Origin: a bacterium | GTDB taxonomy: Bacteria; Patescibacteriota; Minisyncoccia; Phycocordibacterales; UBA9973 | Direction of reading: 5' to 3' | Length of the DNA stretch: 64,000 nt | Assembly (NCBI GenBank): GCA_037200905.1 | Contig: JBBCGN010000001.1 | Span: forward strand, 116,795 to 180,794 | Shown: piece by piece, positions 18,756 to 28,028 of the stretch | Layout: each line of letters begins with the position of its first letter | How positions within the stretch are numbered: position 1 is the stretch's first letter | Translations under genes and position numbers: made by a program | Notes under the pieces: model-generated | What the model saw: only the letters and a program-made list of their open reading frames with translations | Databases searched by the model: none | What the model was told of the DNA's origin: nothing

Positions 18756-18883
18756 GTGATTTGCAAAAAAATTTTCTAAAACGACCTTTATAAAAATAAA
18801 TTTTCATCAAATGTATTTGTGCATACTTTGTATCAAATACGGAAAGCCTTCGCAATAGAAAATGTGGATAAGTCGGAACGTTT

Positions 18884-19363
18884 TTACGAGCGATGATGTG
18901 CGAAGCCGGTAATGGCGATGGCGATGGCATCGAGCTCGTCGTCAGAAGTCTTCGTGCTCGGTATTTCCACGAGCATCTTTACCATCTTGATGATCTGCTG
19001 CTTGTCCGCGCGTCCCGAGCCGGTAACGGCCACTTTTATCTGCGAGGGAGTGGCCTCGAATATCTCGAGGCCCGCCGATTTCGCCTCGTAGAGTATCACG
19101 CCGCGCGTCTCGGCCACGTGCATCACCGTTTTCTGGTTGTTAGTCATGAAGAGCGTCTCGATGGCCAGCCGTTCCGGTACATATTTCTTTATGACAGCGC
19201 GTATTTCCCGGCCGACGAGCGCCAGGCGTTCCGGGAATTCCAGCTCCTTCGAGGTCTTGAAGCACTCGGAAAAGAGCACTCGCTCGCGCTTGTCGCCCGC
19301 ATTCTTCTCGAGTACTGCTACACCGAGCCGCTCGAACCCCGGGTCTATGCCTAAAATTCTCAT
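18884..19363 (-). CDS. ruvC: Holliday junction resolvase RuvC
   Basis: MRILGIDPGFERLGVAVLE... with the conserved D7, E and D residues. 159 aa, intact. Confidence 0.9.
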   Translation of the reverse strand: MRILGIDPGFERLGVAVLEKNAGDKRERVLFSECFKTSKELEFPERLALVGREIRAVIKKYVPERLAIETLFMTNNQKTVMHVAETRGVILYEAKSAGLEIFEATPSQIKVAVTGSGRADKQQIIKMVKMLVEIPSTKTSDDELDAIAIAITGFAHHRS

Positions 19364-19443
19364 CCCGTTAGAAACAGGTCACGGTCTGACCGTGACGAGT
19401 TAAGTCTAATTTGTAAATAGTGCGACCGCGGTTTCTAACGGGA
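19363..19443 (-). promoter_or_regulatory. 81-nt structured element between yebC and ruvC (13-bp long-range stem plus an internal 9-bp-arm hairpin)
   Basis: tcccgttagaaac (19363-19375) is the exact reverse complement of gtttctaacggga (19431-19443). The inner palindrome gtcacggtc-t-gaccgtgac lies at 19378-19396. The 3' arm on the mRNA ends on the A of the ruvC AUG. Confidence 0.5.
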
Positions 19444-19464
19444 CTCATAGCTTGATTCTAGCAC

Positions 19465-20001
19465 TTATTCGGCGTTGGTATAGACGTCCTGCACGTCGTC
19501 GTTCTCTTCGAGCTCGTTCACCAATTTCTCCAGCAGTCCGAGGTCGGTGTCGGAGAGGGGAATGGTAGAAGTGGGAATCCAGATCAAGCCTTCCGGCATC
19601 ATCTCTTTCTTGAAGGCCCAGGCCACCGCGCCGATGCCACTGAGCGCCGTGCCGTTTTCTGACAGGATATGCTTCACTTCCTGCGCCGTCCTGTTCTTCG
19701 AATCGGTCAGCGTCTCCACAATGATTCCCACGCCGCCCGGTCCGTAGGCTTCGTAAGTGATAGAGTCCATGTGCGCCGACGGTTCGGCGGCTTTCCTGAT
19801 GGCCCGTTCGATATTTTCCGAAGGCATGTTCACTTTCTTGGCCTTCTCGATGGCGGCGCGCAGGCCCGGAGATTCTTTCCCGCCCGAGAGCCGTGCTTCG
19901 ACTGCGATGAAACGCACGAGCTTCGAGAATATCTTGCTCTTCTTCGAGTCGGTAATAGCCTTCTTGTGTTTTATCTGCGCCCATTTATTGTGTCCTGACA
20001 T
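19465..20001 (-). CDS. yebC: YebC/PmpR-family transcriptional regulator
   Basis: MSGHNKWAQIKHKKAITDSKKSKIFSKL... is the canonical YebC N-terminus. 178 aa (shorter than the ~240 aa typical of YebC), no internal stop. Confidence 0.9.
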   Translation of the reverse strand: MSGHNKWAQIKHKKAITDSKKSKIFSKLVRFIAVEARLSGGKESPGLRAAIEKAKKVNMPSENIERAIRKAAEPSAHMDSITYEAYGPGGVGIIVETLTDSKNRTAQEVKHILSENGTALSGIGAVAWAFKKEMMPEGLIWIPTSTIPLSDTDLGLLEKLVNELEENDDVQDVYTNAE

Positions 20002-20087
20002 ATTTTTATCTTAAGAGGTTTTTAAGCAAAGAGCAAATTATTTCTTTACATATCATCATTCTATGATAGACTTTTGAAAAATTTAGT

Positions 20088-20495
20088 ATGTTTAACGCTC
20101 TTGCTTATTATGGCTGGAAAGTCAAAGATCAAGTTGATAATAATGAACTTTGCCAATTAAATCACATCCAACTTATTGAAATCTCGAAAATTCTAAAAGA
20201 CGAAAATGAAAAATGGTCAATTGAGAATTTGCTCACATCTTTCAAAAGCGATTTCGATAAAACCCTTTGCAATGTAGAAATAATGGAATTTGTGCTGAAT
20301 TACCCAGCGAGCATTAAGAGCTTGTGGAAAAATAAGAGGATCTATTTTCTTGGCACTAGATTTGCATCCCCAAAGGGAAACTTGCATATGTTTCCTCTTA
20401 TTTCCACCAGAAACAATTTCAATTTCTCTGCGGGTTATCGATGTGCTAACGACTTACACTGCAAAGATTCTTGTGATTTTATTGCTGTTTTTTAA
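20088..20495 (+). CDS. Hypothetical protein in an AT-rich islet
   Basis: 135-aa ORF, the only long ORF in a visibly AT-rich 0.5-kb segment between yebC and ruvC-side genes, on the opposite strand to its neighbours. No recognisable motif. Confidence 0.4.
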   Translation: MFNALAYYGWKVKDQVDNNELCQLNHIQLIEISKILKDENEKWSIENLLTSFKSDFDKTLCNVEIMEFVLNYPASIKSLWKNKRIYFLGTRFASPKGNLHMFPLISTRNNFNFSAGYRCANDLHCKDSCDFIAVF

Positions 20496-20526
20496 AAACG
20501 AAGGGAAAATCCTCTTCGTTTTTTAT

Positions 20527-21566
20527 TTACAATAAAGTATTCTGTTCTCTTTTAAAATCAAATCCGAGATGGTCGTAGGCTTTCTTGGTAGCCACTCGGC
20601 CGCGGGCGGTGCGTTCGAGCAGGCCTAATTGGATCAAATACGGCTCGATGACTTCCTCTACCGTAGCCTCTTCCTCGCTCATGGCTGCGGCCATGGTCTT
20701 GAGCCCTACCGGCCCGCCGTCGAATTTCTCTATCAATATTTCCAGGAATTTCCTGTCGGAAGAGTTCAAGCCGATGTCGTCGATGGCCAGCATGTTGAGG
20801 GCATCTTTCACCGTCTGCTTGTCCATATTCTTCTTGTTCACTTGGGCGAAGTCGCGGACGCGTTTCAGGAAGTAGTTCGCCGTGCGAGGAGTGAAGCGGC
20901 TGCGCTTGGCAATCTCTTCCAGGGCTTCGGTCTCGAGTTCCGTCTCCAAGAGCTTGCTCGAGCGCTTTACGATCTCGGCGATCTCTTCATTGGTATAGAA
21001 CTCGAGGCGGAAGACGCCGCCGGAGAAGCGTGAGCGGAGCGGGGAGGACACGAGCGCGACGCGGGTGGTGGCGGCGATCAGGGTGAACGGCGGCAGCTCG
21101 AGCTGGATAGTGCGAGCGGAAGGGCCTTTGCCGATAATGATGTCCAAAACACCCGACTCCATGGCGGGGTAGAGGATTTCCTCTACCATCTTGTTCAGGC
21201 GGTGGATCTCATCGATAAAGACGATGTCGCCGGGGGCGAGGTTGGTGAGGATCGAGGCCAGGTCGCCGACTTTCTCGATAGCCGGCCCGGAAGTGATCTT
21301 CATCTGCTTGCCCGTCTCCTTGGCTATGAGGTGTGCCAGGGTGGTCTTGCCGAGGCCCGGAGGGCCGTAAAAGAGGATATGCTCGGGTATCTGGCCGCGC
21401 TCTTCGGCGGCCCGGAGCAGGATTTTAACGTTGTCTTTTATATGTTTTTGGCCGATGTACTCGTCCCACCGGCCCGGGCGGAGGGTTTGGTCCAAAAGGA
21501 GTCCTCTCCCAAGGCGGTCTTGGAATCTCCTTTCTTTTCAATTTCGTTCTGAGTATCGCTTGACAT
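20527..21566 (-). CDS. ruvB: Holliday junction helicase RuvB (probable N-terminal extension via one frameshift at 21494-21497)
   Basis: The AAA+ core has GPPGLGKTTLA and VFIDEIHR. The track ORF starts at a TTG (21495). An ATG at 21566 opens MSSDTQNEIEKKGDSKTALGEDSF, which joins LDQTLRPGRWDEYIGQ if the t4 run gains 1 nt. Confidence 0.9.
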
Positions 21567-21588
21567 TAATTTTATATTATGCTATACT
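21560..21588 (+). promoter_or_regulatory. Strong sigma70-type promoter (TTGACA-17-TATACT with TG extension) with no plus-strand ORF downstream
   Basis: ttgaca at 21560-21565 and tgctatact at 21580-21588. The -35 overlaps the proposed ruvB ATG on the other strand. Confidence 0.55.
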
Positions 21589-21594
21589 GTATTT

Positions 21595-21877
21595 ATAGGG
21601 GATTATACACAGCGTATCAACACCCTACCAACAGATATGTGCACATTATAGCATTTACGCCTCGGTTGCGTATTTTCCTATATAGTACAATTACACACGT
21701 GAGACAAGAGGTTCGGTTTTCGCAAGAAGGCGCTAATCTCTAAGCAATCAGCCATCGGTTATACAAATTCGCAAAGGACGTTCTGGTACTATTTATAGGC
21801 GTCTGGGGTTATCCTTAAGAATTTGTTACTCTCGGGGCTCAGCCCTGAAAGGATTGTTTAGAGATTAGTGCTTTTTT
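21595..21877 (+). ncRNA. Candidate structured ncRNA of about 280 nt, class unknown
   Basis: Bounded by the promoter above and a 20-bp stem (21730-21749 with 21852-21871; 18 Watson-Crick and 2 GU pairs) followed by T6. There are further stems: uauagggga pairs with uuuuccuaua, and tacgc-ctcggtt-gcgta forms a hairpin. No ORF exceeds 14 codons. I see no RNase P, SRP, tmRNA or 6S hallmarks. Confidence 0.4.
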
Positions 21878-21885
21878 AGTTTCTG

Positions 21886-23217
21886 TTACTTAAACAGCTT
21901 CTTGATTGCCTGAATGTTAGGCATGAAAATGTGTTTCCTCTTTTTAGAGACTTGAACAAGTAACCCTTTATCCACTAAGTAAACTAAGTCATTGTATGCT
22001 GTCTGGGCGTGAAATCCATGCTTCGATTGATGAATAGTGACTTCTGTGGAAGTGTAATTTTTATTATCCAAAAAATATTGCAATAAAGCAATTTGCCTCG
22101 GATTATAGTCATCAAACTTATACGCAACCAGTTTTAGGTTTTCTGCCTCTTGCATTTTCTCATTAAAATATTCTAGGAATTTATTAATTGCAGTTTTAAA
22201 AGAATCAGCTATATAAGAAATAAAATAAGTTAAGTCGTTTTCATTTTCTGAGTAAATGAAGACGTTATCATATTTTTTTCTTGAATGCACGATTGCTCTA
22301 GAAATGGCCAAATATTGAACTAACCAATAATCATGCTTTAATAAATACCAGTGAAAAACAGCTCGAGCAGTTCGGCCATTTCCGTCAACGAAAGGATGCA
22401 AATATGCTATCCAAAAGTGTAGTATTATTGCTTTGACTACAGGATGGATAAAATCACCATCTTCTTCAACTTCAGGCTTATTAGCAAATTCAATCAGCTT
22501 TTTTAATTCACTATGCATATCTTTTTCTACTGGTGGCGTATGTACAATTTCGTTCGTAACAGGGTCTTTTACAACAATCTCGTCAGCATCGGTCCTAAAT
22601 CTCCCTTGATCATGATTATCGTCAAATGTTTTATTGGTGACAATTGTTTGAATTTCAAGTAACATATCTTCGCTTAAATCCAAATTCTTCCATTCCGTTA
22701 ATTTCTGCATCATTTCGTAACTGTTCACTATCATTTGTTCATCCTTTGTCCTTGCTGGCCTTTGTGATCTGAGCAATTCCTTCGCAACCTTTCTTGATGT
22801 GTTTGCTCCTTCAATTTGACTGGTTGCAATTGCTTCTTCAGTCAATCCTGCAATAATAAATTTATTTTTCTGTGTATCAGAAAGTTTAGTTGTTTTTATA
22901 AAGCTTGCAGCATGAGTATCAATGAAATTTAATTTCTGGTAAAGAGTATTAACGACAGCAAATTCAAATAATTTTCCAGTTGTTGATTTAACTGGTGTCC
23001 TTTGAGAGAGAGAACTTCTTCGAAGTTTTAAATATGCCCAAGCTTCTTCTTTTGTGAAGCCGGCTGGTATGGTTTGATACTTAAAAGTATCCCAATAAAG
23101 GTAATTTTTCTGTGCTTTATGTAACAGCTCTTCCAGAGCGGGGGAATTGGCTGCTCTTTTTATTAAGTCATCACTTATAAGCTCTATCCAAGCTGTCGGT
23201 TTTGGTATTTTTGCCAT
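21886..23217 (-). CDS. fic: Fic/DOC-family protein (class II, N-terminal inhibitory helix) with a C-terminal winged-helix-like region
   Basis: Fic motif HPFVDGNGRTAR and inhibitory motif TSQIEG ((S/T)xxxE(G/N)). 443 aa, intact, in an AT-rich island. Confidence 0.9.
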   Translation of the reverse strand: MAKIPKPTAWIELISDDLIKRAANSPALEELLHKAQKNYLYWDTFKYQTIPAGFTKEEAWAYLKLRRSSLSQRTPVKSTTGKLFEFAVVNTLYQKLNFIDTHAASFIKTTKLSDTQKNKFIIAGLTEEAIATSQIEGANTSRKVAKELLRSQRPARTKDEQMIVNSYEMMQKLTEWKNLDLSEDMLLEIQTIVTNKTFDDNHDQGRFRTDADEIVVKDPVTNEIVHTPPVEKDMHSELKKLIEFANKPEVEEDGDFIHPVVKAIILHFWIAYLHPFVDGNGRTARAVFHWYLLKHDYWLVQYLAISRAIVHSRKKYDNVFIYSENENDLTYFISYIADSFKTAINKFLEYFNEKMQEAENLKLVAYKFDDYNPRQIALLQYFLDNKNYTSTEVTIHQSKHGFHAQTAYNDLVYLVDKGLLVQVSKKRKHIFMPNIQAIKKLFK

Positions 23218-23340
23218 ACTGTTAATTTTAACATAATTAATAGTAAAATAGCAAGTACTATTTTAAGACCAAAAAATAAGGCTATAATTACAAATTATTA
23301 ATTTTTTCTAAATTAGAAGCTAATTAACAGTAAGTAGCTT

Positions 23341-25034
23341 TTATTCCTCGTTCAAGTCCACGACGGGATTGAACTTCGGCGATAGAGGTAATGCCGTTCA
23401 ATATCTTGACCGCGCCGTCCTGGCGCATGGTGAGGATGCCTTGGGCCCGGGCGGCTTTCTTGATCTCGCGCTCGCTCGGATTTTCGGTGATGATCTTCTC
23501 GATTTCCGCGTCGGTCTTGATAGCCTCGAATATGCCGATGCGGCCCCGGTAGCCGGTGCCGTTGCACTTGTCGCAGCCGACGGGGGAAAATATCTTGAAC
23601 GGCGCGTTGGGATTGATATTGTATGTGGCCAGATCCTTGCCCTCGTCCTTCATGCTCTGCACCGCGAGCATCAGGGTCTTCTTTTCTGCTTCGGCCAATT
23701 CCTTCTCCTCCTTGCAGTCGGGGCAGAGCACTCGCACCAGGCGCTGGGCGATGGAGAGCGACAGGGCCGAAACGAGGATCTTCGGATTGACCGACAGGTC
23801 GATGAGGCGGGGGATGGCCCCGGCGGCGTTGTTGGTGTGGAGGGTAGAGAGCACTAGGTGGCCGGGTGAGCGAAGACTGCACAGCGATCTCCGCCGTCTC
23901 GGCGTCGCGGATCTCTCCCACCATGATCACGTCCGGGTCCTGGCGGACGGCGGAGCGCAGGCCTTCGGGGAAGGTGTAGTTGTCTTCGGCCTGGGTCTGG
24001 GTAATGCCTTCGAGGTGGTACTCGATCGGGTCTTCGATGGTGATGATATTGATCTCCGTGGAGTAGATCTTGCGGATGAAGGCGTAGAGGGTGGTGGTCT
24101 TGCCGGAGCCGGTCGGGGCCGGTCACCAGGATCAGGCCGTTCGGCTTGGCGATCTCCTTCTCGATGATGGCCATCAGTACGGAGTCGATGCCGAGGTCGG
24201 TGAACTTCACCTGGATGGACTTCGGGTCCAGTATTCGCATGACGATGGCTTCGCCGTAGGCGCCCGGGATGAGCGAGGTGCGGATGCTGATCTCTTCGGC
24301 GTCTTCCATGATGCTGAAGCGGCCGTCCCTGGGCCACGTTCGAGGTGATCTTCATGCCGGAGAGGAGCTTGATGCGGGAATTGAGCAGGTGGTAGAGATG
24401 GGCGTCGAAGAACATCACGTCCTGGAGCACACCGTCGAGGCGCAGGCGCAGGCGGATCTGGTCCTTTTCCGGCTCGATGTGGATGTCGGAAGCCTTGATG
24501 GCGATGGCGCCGGCAAGGATGATCTCGAGCATGCGGGAGATCTTGTGCACGTCGGAGACGAGCGAGTCCTTGATGAGAGCCTCGATGTCCTGCATCTTGT
24601 GGATGTCCTTGGCCGTTTCCTTGAGCACTTCGCCGCTGATATCGAGGCCGCCCACTTTCGTGTTCTCCGGCGAGCGAGATTTCCTTGTAGCGGTCCCAGA
24701 CTTTCTCGAGCGAGGCCATGGAGGCCATGTAGAACGTCGGCACGAGGGTCTTCCGCTCCGCCGCGTCCTTCAGGCGGGAGATGATGTCCGGGTCGGGCGT
24801 GCGCACGGCGATGAAGATGTTCTTGCCGGAGAGCTTGAACGGCGCCACGCGCCATTCGCGGGCCTCGCTCTCGGGGATGATGCGCAGGGCCTCGTTGTCG
24901 ACGCCGAGGCGGGACAAGTCGACGTAGGGCAGCTTGTATTTCGACGCGGCGAGCACCTCTACGAGCTGTTCCTCCTCTGCCTTGCGCAGCTCTTCGAGCT
25001 GCCGTTCCGGTTTTTCTTCATCAAATTGAGCCAT
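23341..25034 (-). CDS. pilB: GspE/PilB-family type II/IV secretion (type IV pilus assembly) ATPase, with five apparent 1-nt insertions (23365-23367, 23864-23866, 24115-24118, 24327-24329, 24656-24658)
   Basis: After frame correction: Walker A ([16 protein letters not shown]), the Asp box, Walker B (VIMVGEIRD), the His box ([11 protein letters not shown]) and a tetracysteine (CPDC...CDKCNGTGY). The stop at 23341 assumes the c3-run correction; the uncorrected ORF ends at 23324. Confidence 0.85.
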
Positions 25035-25090
25035 TGTACTGACAGTATATCGTATCCAAGTGCGGAATAATAGTGGCCCGCACGCGCTCA

Positions 25091-25099
25091 TGTTAATAT
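25091..25099 (+). promoter_or_regulatory. Extended -10 promoter (TGtTAATAT) for tsaE, giving a leaderless transcript
   Basis: The -10 ends 6 nt before the ATG at 25106. Confidence 0.45.
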
Positions 25100-25105
25100 G
25101 GAGGC

Positions 25106-25558
25106 ATGGTGAAAGCCGCGCCGAAAATCTCCAAAAATATCAAGGATACCGAAAAGATCGCGGAAGCATTTTTGCGGGAACTCGCCGAGAAAAAGCACGC
25201 GAAGGCCGCAGTGGTCGGCCTCTACGGCGATCTCGGCGCCGGCAAGACGGCTTTTGTGAAGCATGCGGCCAAGCTGCTCGGCGTCACGCGGAAAGTCAGC
25301 AGCCCCACGTTCGTCATCATGAAGAAATATCCGCTCAAGGGAAAGGCTCACAAAACACTCTTCCATATCGATGCCTATCGTCTCAAGAACGAGAAGGAGA
25401 TAGAAATCCTCGGCTGGAAAGACATCATTTCGAGCAAAGAAAATCTCATTTTCATCGAATGGCCCGAACGCGTCCAGAAAGCCATGCCGAAAGGCCACTC
25501 GCGCATCGCCATCGCTCATGCCAAGGACGGCGGGCGGGTATTCAAGGTCAAAATATAA
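25106..25558 (+). CDS. tsaE: tRNA t6A37 modification protein TsaE (P-loop ATPase)
   Basis: VGLYGDLGAGKTAFVK and SPTFVIMKKY motifs. 150 aa. Confidence 0.85.
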   Translation: MVKAAPKISKNIKDTEKIAEAFLRELAEKKHAKAAVVGLYGDLGAGKTAFVKHAAKLLGVTRKVSSPTFVIMKKYPLKGKAHKTLFHIDAYRLKNEKEIEILGWKDIISSKENLIFIEWPERVQKAMPKGHSRIAIAHAKDGGRVFKVKI

Positions 25559-25586
25559 AACCGGCCGAGGTGCTATAATCACCATA

Positions 25587-28004
25587 ATGCCAGCCAAGAA
25601 ACCAGCCGCACAGCCTGCAAATACCAAGAAAACTCTGGTGCTGCTCGATGCGCACGCCATCATCCATCGCGCCTATCACGCCCTGCCGGAATTCCTGTCC
25701 TCGAAGGGCGAGCCGACCGGCGCTCTCTACGGCCTGTCGAACATGCTCATGAAGATCATCGCCGACCTCAAGCCCGATTACATCGTGGCCTGCTATGACT
25801 TGCCGCAGAAGACATTTCGGCATGAAGCCTACAAGGAATACAAAGCCGGACGGGCCAAAGCCGATGATGCGCTCATCTCCCAGCTGAAAAGTTCCCGCAG
25901 CATTTTCGAAGCGTTCAATATTCCAATCTACGACGCTCCCGGCTTCGAAGCCGATGACGTGCTCGGCACCATCGCCGATCAGCTGAAGAAGAACAAGGGC
26001 ACGAACATCATCATCGCCTCCGGCGACATGGATACCATGCAGCTCGTCGACGGCAAAAAGGTGCAGATCTATACCCTGAAGAAAGGCATCACGGACACCA
26101 TATTGTATGACGAGGACGGCGTGATGGAGCGCTTCGGATTTGCGCCGAAACTCCTGCCGGACTACAAGGGCCTGCGCGGCGATCCTTCCGACAATATCAT
26201 CGGCATCAAGGGCGTGGGGGAGAAGACCGCCACGGACCTCATCAGGAATTTCGGCACCGTCGAAGACATATATAAGAAGCTCAAGAAGGACGAAGGGGCT
26301 TTCAAGGCTGCCGGCATCAGCCCGCGCATGATAGAGCTATTGCGCGCCAACGAAGAGGAAGCGCTCTTCTCGAAGACCCTCGCCACTATCCGGCGCGATG
26401 CCCCGGTCGATTTCAAGATTCCTGAGAAGACATTTTGGCAGAACGCCGATATCAAGAAGATAGAGCAAATTTTCTCGCAATACGAGTTCCGCAGCCTGGT
26501 GCCGCGAGTCCGCAGCTTCTTCGGATCGAGCGGCAGCCAGAGCGCGACAGAGAAGCTCGAACTGATAGCTCCGCCTTCGAAATCGAGCGAGACGGTGAAG
26601 AGCGGGGAATTGATGGAAACTTCTATCGCACTTTGGCTTATCAATTCCGACATCAGCAATCCCACGCTCGATGACATCCTCAATTTCGCCAACACCGATT
26701 CCTTCGAAACGGCGCGCGAGCATATCTTCAAGAAGCTGAAGGAAGGAAAGCTCGAAAAAGTCTACGAGGAGATAGAGAAGCCCATCATGCCCATCATCCG
26801 CGAGATGCAGGATCACGGCATTCTGATCGACAAGAATATTTCACTGCTCTTTCCAAGGAATACCACCAGGAACTCGACAAGCTCACGGCCAAGATCTACA
26901 AGATGGCCGGCACGGAATTCAACATCAATTCGCCGAAACAGCTCGCCGAAGTCTTGTTCGAGAAGATGGGCCTCAAATCCGGCAAGAAAAAAAGCGCCAG
27001 CGGCTCTTTCTCTACCAAGATTTCCGTGCTCGAAGAGCTTGAGGAAGGCAACCCCATCATCAAAGAGATTATCGACTATCGCGAGCTGCAGAAACTGCTC
27101 TCGACCTATGTCGATCTCATTCCTCAGATGGCCGGTCTCGACAATAGGCTCCATGCCCAGTTCATCCAGGCAGGAGCGGCGACGGGCCGTTTTTTCTTCA
27201 AAGGATCCCAATCTGCAGAATCTGCCTATCAAGTCCGAGCTCGGCCGCCGCATCCGCGGCGGATTCATCGCGAGCCCCGGCCACAAGCTGCTCGCTCTCG
27301 ATTACAGCCAGATCGAGCTCCGCGTGGCAGCCATACTCTCCGGCGACAAGAATCTGACCGAAATCTTCGCGAAAGGGGAGGATGTCCATGCCGGCGTGGC
27401 GTCGTTCGTCTTCGGCGTGCCCATCGACAAAGTCGATGCCGAGATGCGCCGCCGGGCCAAGGTCATCAACTTCGGCGTCATGTACGGCATGGGCGTGACC
27501 GCTCTCCGCAAGAACCTCGGCGGCACTCGCGAAGAGGCCCAGAAATTCTACGACAATTATTTCGAGCAGTTCTCCGGCATCCGGGACTATCTCGAGCACG
27601 TGAAGAGCTTCGCCATGAAGAACACCTATACCGAGACGCTCTTCGGCCGCCGCAGGTATTTCCCGAACATCAACTCGCGCATCCCGTTCCTGAAGAACAT
27701 GGCCGAGCGCACGGCCATCAATGCCCCGATCCAGGGCACGGCCACTGCCGACATCATCAAGCTCTCTATCCGCTTCGCCCATGAAGACCTTGAGAAGGCG
27801 GGCCTCCTCGGCAAGGCGCACCTGACGCTCCAGATCCACGACGAGCTGGTGTACGAAGTGGAAGAAGGCGTGCTCAAGAAGGCCGAAGAGATCATACGAA
27901 GCGCTATGGAGAACGTTCTCTCCCGCTCGTTCCTGCACTACCAGACCGCTATCCCGCTGACCGTCCACTCCGGCTCGGGCAACAATCTCGATGAAGTCAA
28001 ATAG
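25587..28004 (+). CDS. polA: DNA polymerase I (5'-nuclease + polymerase), with a compensating pair of frameshifts at 26850-26852 and 27190-27195
   Basis: The 5'-nuclease N-terminus has LVLLDAHAIIHRAYHAL. Pol motifs are DYSQIELRVAA, RRRAKVINFGVMYG and QIHDELVYE. Between the two indels the correct sequence (MAGTEFNINSPKQLAEVLF...) is in the frame of ORF 26903..27784. The start is taken at the internal ATG at 25587. Confidence 0.9.
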   Translation: MPAKKPAAQPANTKKTLVLLDAHAIIHRAYHALPEFLSSKGEPTGALYGLSNMLMKIIADLKPDYIVACYDLPQKTFRHEAYKEYKAGRAKADDALISQLKSSRSIFEAFNIPIYDAPGFEADDVLGTIADQLKKNKGTNIIIASGDMDTMQLVDGKKVQIYTLKKGITDTILYDEDGVMERFGFAPKLLPDYKGLRGDPSDNIIGIKGVGEKTATDLIRNFGTVEDIYKKLKKDEGAFKAAGISPRMIELLRANEEEALFSKTLATIRRDAPVDFKIPEKTFWQNADIKKIEQIFSQYEFRSLVPRVRSFFGSSGSQSATEKLELIAPPSKSSETVKSGELMETSIALWLINSDISNPTLDDILNFANTDSFETAREHIFKKLKEGKLEKVYEEIEKPIMPIIREMQDHGILIDKNISLLFPRNTTRNSTSSRPRSTRWPARNSTSIRRNSSPKSCSRRWASNPARKKAPAALSLPRFPCSKSLRKATPSSKRLSTIASCRNCSRPMSISFLRWPVSTIGSMPSSSRQERRRAVFSSKDPNLQNLPIKSELGRRIRGGFIASPGHKLLALDYSQIELRVAAILSGDKNLTEIFAKGEDVHAGVASFVFGVPIDKVDAEMRRRAKVINFGVMYGMGVTALRKNLGGTREEAQKFYDNYFEQFSGIRDYLEHVKSFAMKNTYTETLFGRRRYFPNINSRIPFLKNMAERTAINAPIQGTATADIIKLSIRFAHEDLEKAGLLGKAHLTLQIHDELVYEVEEGVLKKAEEIIRSAMENVLSRSFLHYQTAIPLTVHSGSGNNLDEVK

Positions 28005-28012
28005 GGGGTTTT

Positions 28013-28021
28013 GTGCTATGA
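28013..28021 (+). promoter_or_regulatory. Extended -10 promoter (TGcTATGAT) for the methyltransferase-like gene
   Basis: It lies just after the polA stop. The -10 ends 7 nt before the ATG at 28029. Confidence 0.4.
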
Positions 28022-28028
28022 TGCCGGT

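Noticed and set aside
18863-18871. Isolated perfect DnaA boxes (tgtggataa here and ttatccaca at 29302-29310) as secondary origins.
   Set aside because: They are single boxes with no clustering or adjacent unwinding element. They may be DnaA-regulated sites or chance occurrences, and the clustered boxes around dnaA define the origin.
21595-21877. Assigning the ncRNA candidate to RNase P RNA, SRP RNA, tmRNA or 6S RNA.
   Set aside because: It lacks the GAGGAAAGUCC-type P4 sequence, the SRP domain IV GNAR/AGCA motif, a tRNA-like acceptor/T-arm and a 6S-type central bubble within a closing helix. The class is left unknown rather than forced.
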